Source of the DNA: Podarcis filfolensis
Taxonomy: Eukaryota
DNA: 64,000 nucleotides
NCBI GenBank assembly: GCA_964270895.1
Contig: OZ185435.1
Strand: one strand, 5' to 3'
In this document: positions 14,330-27,131 of the stretch, one piece after another
Position numbering within the stretch: the stretch's first letter is position 1
Layout: the number at the start of each line of letters is the position of its first letter
Notes under the pieces: generated by a model
The model's database searches: none
What the model saw: only the letters and a program-made list of their open reading frames with translations
What the model was told of the DNA's origin: nothing
Translations under genes and position numbers: made by a program

Positions 14330-15300
14330 GCAGCTCAAGCTGTCTTGCTCTGGCGAGCAACCTGGATGCCGAATTCTGCACCTGCTGAAGTTTCCAAGCA
14401 GTCTTTAGTGGCAGCCCGACGTATAATGCGTTGCAGTAATCTAACCTAGCGGTTACCAGAGCATAGACAACAGACGTTAGGCTATCCCTGTCCAGATAGC
14501 CACAAGCTGGGCCACAAGCTGAAGTTGATGGAAGGCACTCCACGCCACTGAGACAACCCAAGACCGCTCTTTCAGAGGGAGTGTAACCACATCAAAAGCA
14601 GGAAATCTCCCATTCATCCGATCCAGGGACCATCCACTAACAGTGCCTCTGTCTTATCTGGATTGAGCCTCGGTTTATTGGCTCTCATCCAGTCCATAAC
14701 TGAGGCAAGACATCAGTCCAGCACATCCACTGCCACACCTGCAGATGCAAAGGAGAAGTAGAGCTATGTGTCACCAGCATATTGCTGATGACATACTCCA
14801 AAACTCTGTATCTCCACTCAGGGATTTCATATAGATGTTAAACAACATAGGGGATAAAACTGAACCCCAAGGAACTCTGCATTGAAGATTCTACAGGACC
14901 AAAGAGCAAACCCCGGCATCACCCTCTGGAAATGACCATCCAAGTAAGACCAGAACAACCACAAAGCGGTGCCATGAACCCCTAATTCAAACAACCACTC
15001 CAGAAGGATTCCATGGTTTATAGTATCAAAAGCCACTGAGAAGTTGATAATTGACTGGAACGCATTTCTTTCCTGACAGAGATCATAATGTAGTTTCTGT
15101 GCCAAAGCTGGGCCTAAATGCTGACTGAAATGGATCTAGAAAATCAGTTTCCTCCAAGAGTGCTTGGAACCCAGAACATCTCGCAGAAGAAGCAGCTGCA
15201 GTGTAGGCTTCTGAGTTCTGGCGAGATTTTGGTGGAAGCCGGTTGCTACCACTTCTCTGGGAGGGGAACCTGGAAGCCAACGCTACAGACATGTAACCTG
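14330..15300 (-). mobile_element. L2-clade LINE reverse transcriptase fragments (frameshifted)
   Basis: Peptides LDPFQSAFRPSFGTETTL, SVAFDTINHGILLEWL and RLDYCNALYVGLPLKTAWKLQQVQNSASRLL lie in different frames and are typical of L2 ORF2. Confidence 0.85.
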
Positions 15301-16484
15301 GTAAGCCATGCAACCCCAGCTTTGGTGGGAGGTGGGGAGGGGGAGTCAGCAGATGCCACCACTAACACAAATTCCAATCTATGTATCTCTTAAAAGAATA
15401 GCAGTTCCATTACAACCTGATAGTCTTCAACCCAGCATAGTCTCCAGCCCTCCAGAAGCGACACTCAGACTTCTGTCTTGCCACTATTGTTACTAGGCCC
15501 CATCTGAAGTTTTCATTGGCTCTTGTTTTCTTAAACTCCCATCCCTTCCCCACCCATCGTTTCCTCAGACCTCTGCTTTTTAATGCACTGCCTACTTTGT
15601 CCCACTGCTTTAGCCAGTCTGCTGCATGTGCAGATTCGCCACAACATTCATCTCTCTTCCCCCATAGACCTTCTAGTCCTTAAGCATTATGCAATTTCTT
15701 CAGAGGTCCTCCTTGCCTCAGAAAATATTCTGACAACGCTATTTCCTTGGCAGTTGGGAAAGTGCATGAGTTTGCACCAGCTCAGCCAACAAATACCAGA
15801 GGCTTCTCTATCATCATCATTATGTGCAATACAATTATAGACTAGAAGAAATGGCTGCCTAGAAAATCTCAATATGTGAAATACAGTCACCTGCACTGCT
15901 CACTGATACTTGTTGCCAGTTCACAACGCTACACTAAAGGCAGAAGCAATAACTGGAAGAATTTTCTTGGTGTATCTAGATTCTGGATAAGTCTTTGCCA
16001 ACCTGGCCATGCTGGCTGGGGCCCATGGGAGTTGTAGTCCAAAACATATGGAAGGCACCAGTTTGATGAAGGCTGTTATAAACCTAACAGCTACTTTGTT
16101 ACCCTACATTTTTCTTAACTAGCCTACCTAGCTCTCCTTCTACAGCATATGTCAGGAGTGACATAAGCTATGTCGAAGTTTCTTCAGAGACCACTTTTGC
16201 CACAGTTCTGTCATCTTTGCACTTTACCTCATTCTCCGCTTACTTTTCTTTCAAGATTGTCCTCCTCAGAGCCTTCCTTCAGATTCCTTGCCTCTAAATT
16301 TTCTGTCCATTAACTTCTCTGCAACCCAGGACCTATTTTCAGTCCTAAGTCTGCCCCCGTGCAACTTCTTACTCCCAACCAAACTAACACTCTCCCTTTC
16401 CCTCATGGAAATTGAACTGAAACTTTCAGCAACCTGAACAATAACTTAATCATTCATGCCAATAGTTCATGCCACCATACTAGG

Positions 16485-16679
16485 CAGTGGAGGTTGGTCC
16501 ATTGGGGTTAATGGGCATTGCCCATCAACCTCATTCTGCTCTCAGCCACTCACACCTGTTTGACGTCCAACTTTTAACCAGTTAGGGGATGGCTCTGCCA
16601 ATCACTGGCTCTGGCTCTATCTACTGTTGGTCACCTGGCCTTCTGCCCTATCATTCCCAATGGGCACCAGTCATCACTG
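16485..16679. mobile_element. hAT MITE (CAGTGGAGG type)
   Basis: Ends CAGTGGAGGTTGGT / ACCAGTCATCACTG; TSD ATACTAGG / ACACTAGG (7/8). Confidence 0.75.
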
Positions 16680-17338
16680 ACACTAGGTAAGAGGCTTTAC
16701 AAGTACAATGCAATATAAATTAAGCATTTGACTGTGTCATTGATTTCAACAAGGCTTAGACATGGCTGAATTTTATCCTTTGGCTCAATTTCTCATATTT
16801 TAATTTATTTTTTTTAACTACACACTTTCACTAATTCTAGAGTTGGAGTTGTTGGAGGCAAATTTTCCCTGGCGGCAGATGACAGAACTACAAGACTGGT
16901 TTAAAAACCCTCAAACAAGAGTTTATTACGGCTATACAAACAACAAACACAAAGCATGTGGGTGTTCTCTTTCTGTAGGCAGTTGCAAACTGCAAATTCT
17001 TCTCTTTATACACGTCACCAGCTGTGCCTAATCAGCCTGGAAAACCACACCCAGAACTTAAGGACCAAAACGTCCTTAAAGTTACCTGCACCCTTTTCCT
17101 GTTTCTTGACAAATGATACCTAACAGGAGTACTATGAGTACTGGTGAAAGTTATGTAAGAAAGGGTCTAATGTTGAAAACCTATGGTGAATTTTAAAGAA
17201 TGGCTACCACTTCTGGATAGGAGAAATATCTAATCCAAACTATGAATGAAAAATGAACAAAAGGTAACGAATGTGAACCAATGAATGGATTAAAAAAAGA
17301 AACAAACCCCAAATAAACCCCCTTTGGTCGTCACTTAC

Positions 17339-17365
17339 TTCATGGCACTTCAGAATGCCCCTCTT
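17339..17365 (-). other. Candidate 27-nt SHANK2 cassette microexon with in-frame stop (R-R-G-A-F-*)
   Basis: tgtcattttatttgctctcatgactgccgttaacag|AAGAGGGGCATTCTGAAGTGCCATGAA|gtaagt; perfect donor, pyrimidine tract, and UGC at -12. Confidence 0.45.
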
Positions 17366-18510
17366 CTGTTAACGGCAGTCATGAGAGCAAATAAAATGAC
17401 AAAATGGCATGACTGAGACACTGTAGAGTTACAAAGCAAAAGCATCTGCAAAATTGGCCGACAAACAGTTAACAAGATGAAGTGAAAGTAAAGGATGTAA
17501 CAAAGTTCAGCTTTAAAAAAAACACCTCTATTAAAATGATGAACTATTTTAACAATAAAAACTTTAATTAAAAAACAAAAAAAACCCACCTCTCTGATTG
17601 TTGGGTTATTTATGAAACACTAAGGTTATGAAGTTCAAAGGTGACCAATTCAACATCTGCCAATGCATATACTCATCTTCTTGATTTACTTTTCACTTAC
17701 CTGTCTGGGGCAAAATTGTGTTGACACTGAAACATTTACAACTCAGTATATTAATGCATGGCAATGAAACACTTGAATACCTCCTGGCTTCAGGAAGGAC
17801 TGAGGACACATAGTAAAAAATATCACAAGCGTACAAAAGAGTGTCAGAAGAACAGAATCTTCCCTGAATAAGATATTAAGTCAACAGTTTCAGGCTGGCA
17901 ACCCTGCAACTATTGTTAAATCTCAGTAACATGACCGTTAGACCCATAACATCATTATGGATTAGAATAAACCTCCAGGATAACAGATGCTGGTTCCAGC
18001 CTAAACTGTTCAAGATGCTTCCCGCCCCTTTCTTTCCCAATTCACAATTACCTCCTTTACTCTATTGATACAGCAATTATTCAGTGGATACTTGATCATT
18101 ATGTTTTAATACAACTATTTGGTTCAGAGGTAGATTAACCTGCTTATTTACTTGCTAATGTATTTACCTGCGTATTTATGAATGGGTGGTGGTGGTAGGG
18201 AGTACAGAGTTTATAATAAAAGCTGGGGAGAAGGAGCTCAAACAGCTGCTCTCTGATAATCAACAGGCTTTTGCAAGGTCTTTATAATTTGCTTTTTGTA
18301 AGATTAATTTAACAAAGATTATGTGGCAAGGACACCCAATTTCTTCCCATAAACAGCTTAAAGCAGGATGGGAGTACAAAGAACAAAAACTAACCCATCT
18401 GCTCAGGGACTGATTTTTTATGCTTATCATTTACAGATTGAATTCAGCTAAGGACTTAATTCTTTTATTTTGGCAATTTTACTATGCACTTGGTTTTGAT
18501 GGCATAATTT

Positions 18511-18511
<1 letters not shown>

Positions 18512-18549
<38 letters not shown>
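18512..18549. repeat. (CA)19 microsatellite
   Basis: Direct reading of the sequence. Confidence 0.98.
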
Positions 18550-18552
<3 letters not shown>

Positions 18553-18676
18553 GTGTCTTTGAAATGCATAGTAGTTGAAATATATATATTTTTTCCTCCA
18601 AAGGGTATAAAACTTGTTTGGAAACATCCAAACTCTTAAGACTGGTATGGAGGTAGGCTGGTTATATCTTTTCAAG

Positions 18677-18680
<4 letters not shown>

Positions 18681-18716
<36 letters not shown>
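18681..18716. repeat. (TG)18 microsatellite
   Basis: Direct reading of the sequence. Confidence 0.98.
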
Positions 18717-18719
<3 letters not shown>

Positions 18720-20728
18720 GAGGAAGAGCACTCTTAATTTTGCCCTTTATACACTTGCCTGGATCAAAAAGCAATTGCTGAATGTGTGAATTGCTGGGTG
18801 TGTGTTTGTGTGCATGTAAATTAGTGAGAGCATTCTCCGAAAGCAATTTTCAAGGCTTTGTACACTGTCAGAAAACCACTGTTCTACAGCTGGTGGTGCC
18901 TTCTAATGCACACATGTATGGGTGTAGCCAGGACTTTTGGGGGGGCAGAACCGATGTGACTGGCCAGCTAGTTAAGTAATTCTGTTGCTTTACTGCCCCC
19001 CTTGACTATGCCCATGCCTAAATCAATACAATAAATCGTGGTTTCCAGCATTTTTGTAAAAAGAAAAAAAAAGCGCTTAACAACATTTAGGGTGTCCTGG
19101 TTTTTACTTCTTGAAATATGACATAAAAGTCAATAAGGAAAAAAACCCTTCCATTGTTCAAATATCAGTATATAGAAGTATACAGATTTTTATTTGTAGC
19201 ACTTACAAACTATAGCAATGCGGAAAAATAAACAGTTTTCAGGGAAATCTGTATCCAAATGATACTACAAGATAAGCTTGTAAAATTGACAATGACATAG
19301 TCAATATAGAGTGGCATTCCTTTTTCTTTGAACTACCTTAATTCTGTCTAGTTTAATTCATATGTTTTAGCTATGTTATATTTGTTATACCCCATTAGGG
19401 AAATCTGATTAAAAGGTGAGTGTACTGGCACCATAGGAAAGACTCGCACTGATACAATTACTGTGAAGTACCTTAACATTTAAGCTAGTTTATAATTGGG
19501 ACTTCCACTGCCAGTTGAGTGGACAAATTTTTAATAAGTATGCAGCACAGGAAGAAATTACCTTAATTTGCTTATTAAAATTAAATGAATCTTCATACTA
19601 AACTGAAAGTTGCAAAGTTAATCAACACTCCAGTATACTGTTAGGATTGCTGCATTTCCTTACTGAAAGCCACAAATGCCATGGCAAATTTGGCTGCCAA
19701 TTCTACATATGCTTTCCAATATTATAATTTCCAAATACTGCTAACACTGAAGACACACAAACCATACTGTTCACATCTCTACAACAAGCAGAAAGCTAGC
19801 CACATTTTGATTATTACTTAAACTTCATGATTTAGCAAGCTCTTGTGGATATGACTTGCCATGCCTTTGGATTTTCCTCACTCTGTGACCTAAGCCAAGA
19901 ACAGAAAGAGTAAATCCTGTTGTGTTTTAGCTACCTCAATTGAAACTAATGGAAACCATCATTTTTTTGGAATTCCATGTGCACCTCTGAGTGTCAACAG
20001 ACCCCTGGAACAGGGAGAGCATTGTAATTTATAGAGTAACAGAAACTTAGCAGTACTTTTGATATTACAAGTTGGGTTCTGATTTGGCCTTTCCTGAACA
20101 GAAGGGCTCCTTCCATATATGGAAAGGATCGAGATCCAGAGAAGATTTCTACTGGAACTGGAAGAAATGGCTGAGGCCCTTTGTATGATCCTACCCCACT
20201 TCTTCCCATAGCCACAACACTGTTCTGGAAGGTCCACAAATCTTCTGGAGCATATTTTCAAGGGGAAGGGGAAAATCAGTAAAAAAAATGTGTCCTTCCT
20301 ACACCTAAAAGTTATGTTTTATAAAAAGGCAGGAGTGAAATAAATAAAATAAATACTTTACAAAGAGTACACCTTTGCCTATTCACTGGTAAATCAGATT
20401 GCTAAATGAAAAGGAAGAACAAATAAGAACTGCCAGGTTCACTAACAGGAGTATAATTTTTAGGTATCCACTTGTGGTTTAGATGTTCACTTGGCTTAAT
20501 ACATTGGAGAAGCAGCACAGCACCCCCCTCCTTCGACCCGTAAAGTAACATGATATGGAAGCTCTACATAGAAATTTCATCACTGCCCCACTGGTATGTT
20601 ATCCCTAGTTTGTGTGAGAACTGACACAAGAATTGAGTGTCTGTGCACATAGGATCCCTGTGGATCATTTGTATTATACAATACGATGTATGGTAATGGG
20701 CAGAGGGACTCATGACAATTCTCTACCA

Positions 20729-20909
20729 CAGGCATGTCCAACTTTCAAGAGACTGATATCTACTCTTACTATAAAAAAACTGACAGTGATCTACCAAAGT
20801 TGTTGAGCTTTCTTTGGGGCGGGGGGAAGAGTTCCACGATCGACTGCGATCTACCACAGACCCCACGCAATCTACCAGTAGATTATGATCTACCTGTTGG
20901 AAACCCCTG
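20729..20909. mobile_element. hAT MITE with internal GATCTAC repeats
   Basis: Ends CAGGCATGTCCAAC / GTTGGAAACCCCTG; perfect 8-bp TSD CTCTACCA at 20721-20728 and 20910-20917. Confidence 0.88.
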
Positions 20910-20971
20910 CTCTACCACATAAAACCTGTTCCCATGTAGCTGAAGCCTGAACTTTGCTAGGAAACAGGTCC

Positions 20972-20974
<3 letters not shown>

Positions 20975-21019
<45 letters not shown>

Positions 21020-21095
21020 TAATAATAATAATAATAATTTGTATCCCGCACACCCCGGCCAAAGCTGGGCTCAGAGCGGCTAACAACAGGTAAAA
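20975..21095 (-). mobile_element. L2-related 3' end fragment with (AAT)n tail
   Basis: (AAT)~21 followed by tgtatcccgcacaccccggccaaagctgggctcagagcggctaacaac, which recurs at ~45815-45865 next to L2 coding remnants. Confidence 0.6.
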
Positions 21096-22647
21096 ATAGG
21101 CACATTCAACAACAGGTAAAAAATGGTACATTCAGCGTTTGGGGTTTCTTACATCACTCTACTGTTCCACTACCATGGGTCGCCACCTTCAGTTGAAAGT
21201 CCTATCACAGCAAGTGCAACAAATCCATCCAAAGGCTCAGTAAATTTCACAATATTGACTTTCAAAATATGCCTGACAAATGCAATCTTTCAGTGGTACT
21301 GGTTGTAAGGCAGGGTGGTTGAAGATGGGATGCAAAAGCTGACCCTCACCATATACTACCACCATGGAGAACATTTTTGTTAAAAAAGTTTTAAAAAAGC
21401 AATGTATTATTCACCATGGCAGTTGTATGCTCTGATGAAGAGGAGAGGATGACAGAACTCTCACATTTTTAACAGCTGTGTAGAAAATGAAATTTTTGAA
21501 AGTGCAGCTGCTTTCACCCCTGCATGATAAGATGCACACAACAAAATTCCACAATTGAGAGAGGAGCAAAAGCCCTTGTATCCTTTGTCTCCGGCCACCC
21601 TGGAAAAGACTAAAGCACAGGCTTTGTGACTACTCTTCTTCCAACAATTAAAACCAAACATCTCAAACAACAAATCATTAATGTACGTTGATCGCTTTAC
21701 TGGAGCAACTGAATGTGCACAGTGTGAGAACAAGATGCTAGACCAAATGGGCCGCTGGCATGATCCAGCAGGAAACTTGATTTAAAAAAATGAAACCCGA
21801 ATATGGTCCATTAGTGCATCTCCTTTCTTGCATGTGCTGAAGTCCATGCAATAAAATAAATATTTTTTAGATTAAATGTGTCACTTTTGGTTTTTCCTAA
21901 AGTTGCATTAATATTTATTATCAAATAAAGGACAGATTTTTATTTCATTTACTAAAAAAGCATAGAGAGATTCCAGATGGGATCCAAAGGTGTGAGCAGA
22001 AAGCGCTTCTACATTTGCATGTGGGACTGCTGATTTCTCTCTTCCCTTCCACCTCCAACTGGATTCTCAGGAGTGCTTTGTTGGAGGTTGTAATGGATTG
22101 CAGCAGGAAGACGAAAAACCTTGGCAAATACACGCAGTGCCACATGTGGCCCTCTGCATTGTAAACTAGACATATGTATCATGCAAAATAAAACACACAA
22201 AACTACTCAACATATTCTAAATAAGATAGCTACTACTGAAGCAATATCAACTTGAAATTAAATCAGAACTATAACCAGTCAGCTGTCACTTAGAGCCACT
22301 TTGAAACCTTTTCATTAAATGTGGAGAAGTTAGGGGTAAACCATAAAACACATAACCAGGGATTCTAGAAGGGAGAGGTGAAATTGATTCTTAACTAGCA
22401 GCATAGTAAAAGATAGCATGTTTCAATACGTGTTAATATCATAAACAAAGAAGGGCAAAGGTAAATAATGATAATAGCAATTAACGTATTTTGTAGATTT
22501 TAAAGAGGGTCACAAATTAATACTGGAGCATTAATACCATGCATTTTAAACATAAGATTAAATGGTATTTAAGACATTATTAATGAAAGCAAAGGCAATT
22601 TAAACTTACGGACACTATAGACTTAAAAAAAAATTAGTTGCATTTAC

Positions 22648-25063
22648 CTTGTACTAAGACTTGCTGTTTTTATTCCTGGAGGTGACTCCAATCCTTCCCC
22701 TGGCTTTGATGATTTCTCTCTGTTCATTTGCTGCAGTATTGAGTTCAATTCACTAATGACATTAGCCTTTGGGCCTGAGAGAACTGGGCTTTTAACCTCC
22801 GTTACATCACCCCATAGCTTAGAGGTCCTTTGCTGTACAACTTTAGCCATACCGGGCTGTGCGCTGATAGGAGGTGGGGGTGGGGCAGGTGGAGGAATAA
22901 CAAAACTATCTACAGTTTCTTCAATTAGCGCATCCTTGTAAAGTGCATTGCTTTTGTTGATTATGGGCTTCATTTTTGGCTTAGGAGGTACTGGGGGTTT
23001 GTCCACCAGAAATGTTTGCCCATCTGCATAGACTGTACAAGTATCCAAGTTCTCACCACCTTCAGAGGATAAGGTAGAGATGCTGGACACAGTTGAGATA
23101 GTGCTGGTTGTCTCTAGGTGATGGTCACTACTGCTTCGACTGTCCACCTCTTCAATCCCAGAGTCAGTGACATTATCAAAATTTTCAGGCGGTGGTAAAA
23201 ATGAGGCAGGCAAACAGTTTGAAAGACCCACTGGTTTCTTACTGTCTATTGAATTTGAGGGTTGAGTAGGATTGAATGAAGCAGGCGGAGTTCCATTTTT
23301 TCTGTGTTTGAGCAAGTCTGTTAGTGCAGAGCCTGGGACAGAATGGTCATCAGGGATATCAAAACTGTTAGCAAATTCTAAAGGCGGTGGTAATGGCTCA
23401 GTAAAGATGAAATCTTCATCAAGATCAACAGATGCTAAAGGGGGTGGAGGGATACGGAACGGTAAAATGATTGGATCATCAACGGAGCCAACTGCTACAA
23501 TAGTTTTGCAGGGAGATGCAGGTAGCTCAGGCATGTCAGCTTCATCTAGTCCACTTTCTGCTGTTTCTGTACTTTCCTGCGCCTCTGGTGGAGGCTTTTC
23601 AGTATCCACATCTATCTCAGCACTTTCCTCTTCCTTTTCATCAGGGGTATCATTGGACTGTGCTGTATCTACCGTATGAACCATGAGCAAACCAGCTGAC
23701 TTCTGCTGTGAGGTATCCACAATATTTATCAGCATGTTCTTCTTTTCTTCAGGCCTCCTCTCCTTCCCCGTATCGGTCTCATATTTGTTCTCCGTCTCCT
23801 GCCGCCTTAGTGGACCACGCGTATTTTGCCTAGCAATTGTAGCTGTCACTGGAAATGTAGTTTCGATGTTGGACCTCATCTTTGTATCTATATAAAGGGG
23901 TTTATTAAGGTCTGCTTTGCCAGATTCTCCTTTCCCTGGAATTTGCTGGGTTTGTTCCTTCATGGCTCTATCTCTGGCAGAAAGGGCAAGGGCTAAAGGT
24001 GAATTTGGATCCAGTAATTTCCCTGTGAGTGGATGAACATAGTTATCCAAACTGGACATACCAGCATTCTGAGTTGCCAACACATTATTTTCTGAACCCA
24101 TTGATGTTGGGGTTGAAGGGTTTGGTGTCCTTGCATCACTTTGATTACTTGATTCACTGCTATTAAAAATATTTTCAGGCTCTCTAGGTGCTGGGATAGG
24201 AGATGGTGATACAAGTTGCCTAAAGTTGTCTTCATTACCAAACATTCCCTCATCACTAAACTTAGACTGTCTCAAACGTGGCATTGGAGGCGACAGCCCA
24301 ACATCCTCATCTCCCAAATCTGTGGAAAGGAAAGCTGGAGAGTTACGCCTGGCTTCTAATCTTTTCTCCCTATCCCTCACTGCCCCTGCAATGGCTGCTG
24401 CAAATGGACTACTGACAGTCAAGTTATCTTCAGGTCTGAGCTGTCCTGGTTGCTCTGAAGACTGTGGGTCAATTTCCATGCTGCTTCCTTGACTACTTTT
24501 CCCACTACTGCTGGTAGATGGCTCTTTAACAATGATAGTTGGAATTGGAATAGAGCAGGTTTTTTCTGGACTATCCTCAACATTAGATTGTTTCACTAGC
24601 ATTCCCTTCCGTCTTGCTGGCTTGGCTGGGACATACACTGCTTTGCTTGCTATTTTTCCAACTTCAGAGTATGGGTTCTCCGGCATCTGACCTCTCTTGT
24701 TTCTGAAGCTTGCCTGAGTTGAGGCATTTCTGCTATATAAGTCCTCAGAATCTAGAGAATAACGGTCCATCTCTCTCCGGTAATATATCCCTTTGTCCCT
24801 TATCACCGTTCCCATATTTTCAGATCTACCTGAAATAGCTAACTTTGCACCTGAATTCTGATTAAATGCAGGCTTAATTGTCCCATATATTCTAGACACT
24901 GGAGATTTGGGGGAGTTGTAAAGAGAAGGAGATGGAGGTGGTGGTGATGGAGGTAAAGACTGTGGAGGAGGAGGGATATCTTCAGAGGTGTCTGGCATGG
25001 ATAGACTTCTGGTAAATTTTAGCATGGGAGGAGCCAAAAATTGCCGTTCTTCCTCTGTTATCC
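22648..25063 (-). CDS. SHANK2: SHANK2 large proline-rich exon (Homer- and cortactin-binding region)
   Basis: ttttaaag|GG ATA ACA GAG GAA...ACA AG|gtaaa; 2416 nt, covering the 797-aa ORF. Contains the PPxxF Homer motif LPPPLEF (23373-23393) and the cortactin SH3 motif KPPVPPKP (22977-23000). Confidence 0.98.
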
Positions 25064-26741
25064 CTTTAAAAAAATCACAAGCTACAATTTTTAAATTGCT
25101 CTTGAATTTTAATTATCATCCATTGTCACCAAAGACATAGTAAACCAGGTACAGAAAATACTGTATTATATATTACTATGCATGGTTTGGTTTTAGAATA
25201 TGTCTGCAACTAGATCTTCAAGTTTACATTTTGGCTTGCCTCAGTGTCCCTATGCTGATCTTCCAGCATTTTCTTACATATATGTGCACAGAGAATTGTG
25301 CATCCCTAAAGTAATGTTTTTTATGAACTGTGCATAAAAGGAAGTGTATCAGCCAAAAGCTATGAAAGACTGGAAGAAGAAAGGAAAGCTTAAAAATAAA
25401 TAAATGTATGCATGTTGGCATTTGTGAATAGGTGGCCATGCATGAAACATGATAAAACAATGTTTCTACATGGGTAAAGAGAGTGGATAGAGAGGCATTG
25501 TGAAACAACCTTCCAAACAAACATATGTAACTTTGGAGTGAGATTGCTACCTGTTGTATGAGGTGCTAGATTTCATGCTGGAAAGCTAGAAGTGAAGCAC
25601 TAACCAGGGCAGGTCACAGCATGAAGCAATGGCTTCACAAGCTACTTGTGGTACTTCCTGGTTCAGACAGAGCAAAGAGATGCTCTCCTTACACAGTCTC
25701 TGAAGTAATAATTAATATAGCTGGCTTGCTGGTTTGTGTTCAGGATGAAACAACAGCAGCAAGAGGGTCTATCTAAGCTATGGGCTGATTGCTATTCCTT
25801 GTAATAGCTGATAATATACATTTCTTTCACTGTATTTCCCATAACTATTTTTATGTAGAGAGTTGCAAAGAAAAACTTCATTATTTCACCAGGGAACAGA
25901 ATATCCCTTCAAACATAAAGGAGAAGAAAGGACAAGAAAAACGTTGCCTCTCAGCTTTAGCTCCCATATTGCAACCTATTCTAATTAAAGTTTTGTGTTA
26001 AATGTATCTTTTCGGTCTCTGCTTGCCATTGCTATTACAGCAAGAATAGCAATTGAAATTGTGGGGAATAAGACCTTTGACTAAGTTTCCAATATGACTA
26101 AAACAACATCATTTTGCAGAAAAATACATTTCCATAAAGCATATGTTGACTCTGTTTAAATTCCTCATTGTACAACCAAATACTTCTACAGCAAAATGGA
26201 CCAATTAATATATATTTTCCTAAAGCTTTCTGTCATTATTTTGAACAAAAATACCATCTTATCACATACACACAGATTATAAAACACAATTTTAGCAAAG
26301 AAGAATGATTTCATTTAAGACTAACCTCTGAGTAACTTTTACCAATAGTCTTTTTAAAAATTCTTCTTCTTTTTGTAGTACGAATTTGGCATTGTAATAT
26401 AAACAAAATTATATACATGGAAATCAGAATGCTACAACATTTTCAAATGTGCAAAAGTAGATGCTTTTGATTCAATAAACATAAAATTTAAATGTGTATT
26501 AAATTTGGTTTGGATTTTACCATGCTTTATAGGGATTGTCTGCTGTTGGTTACTTCATTACTTATTAATTTTGTAATTTATAAATGCATTTTGTATGCTA
26601 AGAAATTCTGATATTAAGCAGTAAATAAATATTTGAAATAAACAAGCTAAAAAGCAATGAATTACTTAAGAAATTGTATATTTCAAAGAGCACAAATTCC
26701 AGTTGTAATATTCAGTTAATGTTACTGACAGACACTGGCCT

Positions 26742-27131
26742 CAGTGGCGTCGCAACGGGGGGTGCGGGGGGGTGCACTCCCGGTGCCATGTCTCCAGGGG
26801 TGACAAGGCGGCGCCCCACTGCGGTGGCGTGAGCAATCATCATGCCGCTGCAGCCACGAACACAAGCACGCTACGTAGTGGTTTGCTGGCGCTGCTTACG
26901 GCTGCAGACACATGTAGAGGATCCTCCATTCGTGGCTGCAGCCAAGAGCAGAGGATCCCGGGACCCCGCCGCCAGCAAACTGCTACATAGCGCGCTTGTG
27001 CGGCGTCGCTACATACGGCACATGCGTCGTATGTAGTGACACTGCACATGTGCGCTACGTAGCGAGGCCCCGGCCCTGGGTGCACATCATGTTTGCCGCT
27101 CCGAGTGCCCGAGCGGCTTCCTCCGCCACTG
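26742..27131. mobile_element. CpG-rich hAT MITE (CAGTGGCG type)
   Basis: Ends CAGTGGCG / CGCCACTG; TSD ACTGGCCT / ACTGGCCC (7/8). Confidence 0.85.

Noticed and set aside
14301-15313. ORFs as an intact retroelement or host gene
   Set aside because: They are frameshifted L2 RT fragments with no continuous frame.
20883-21131. Poly-Ile and poly-Tyr ORFs
   Set aside because: They are translations of the (AAT)n tail.
8397-24492. + strand ORFs overlapping SHANK2 exons (8639..8998, 23272..23679 and others)
   Set aside because: These are antisense shadows of real coding sequence.
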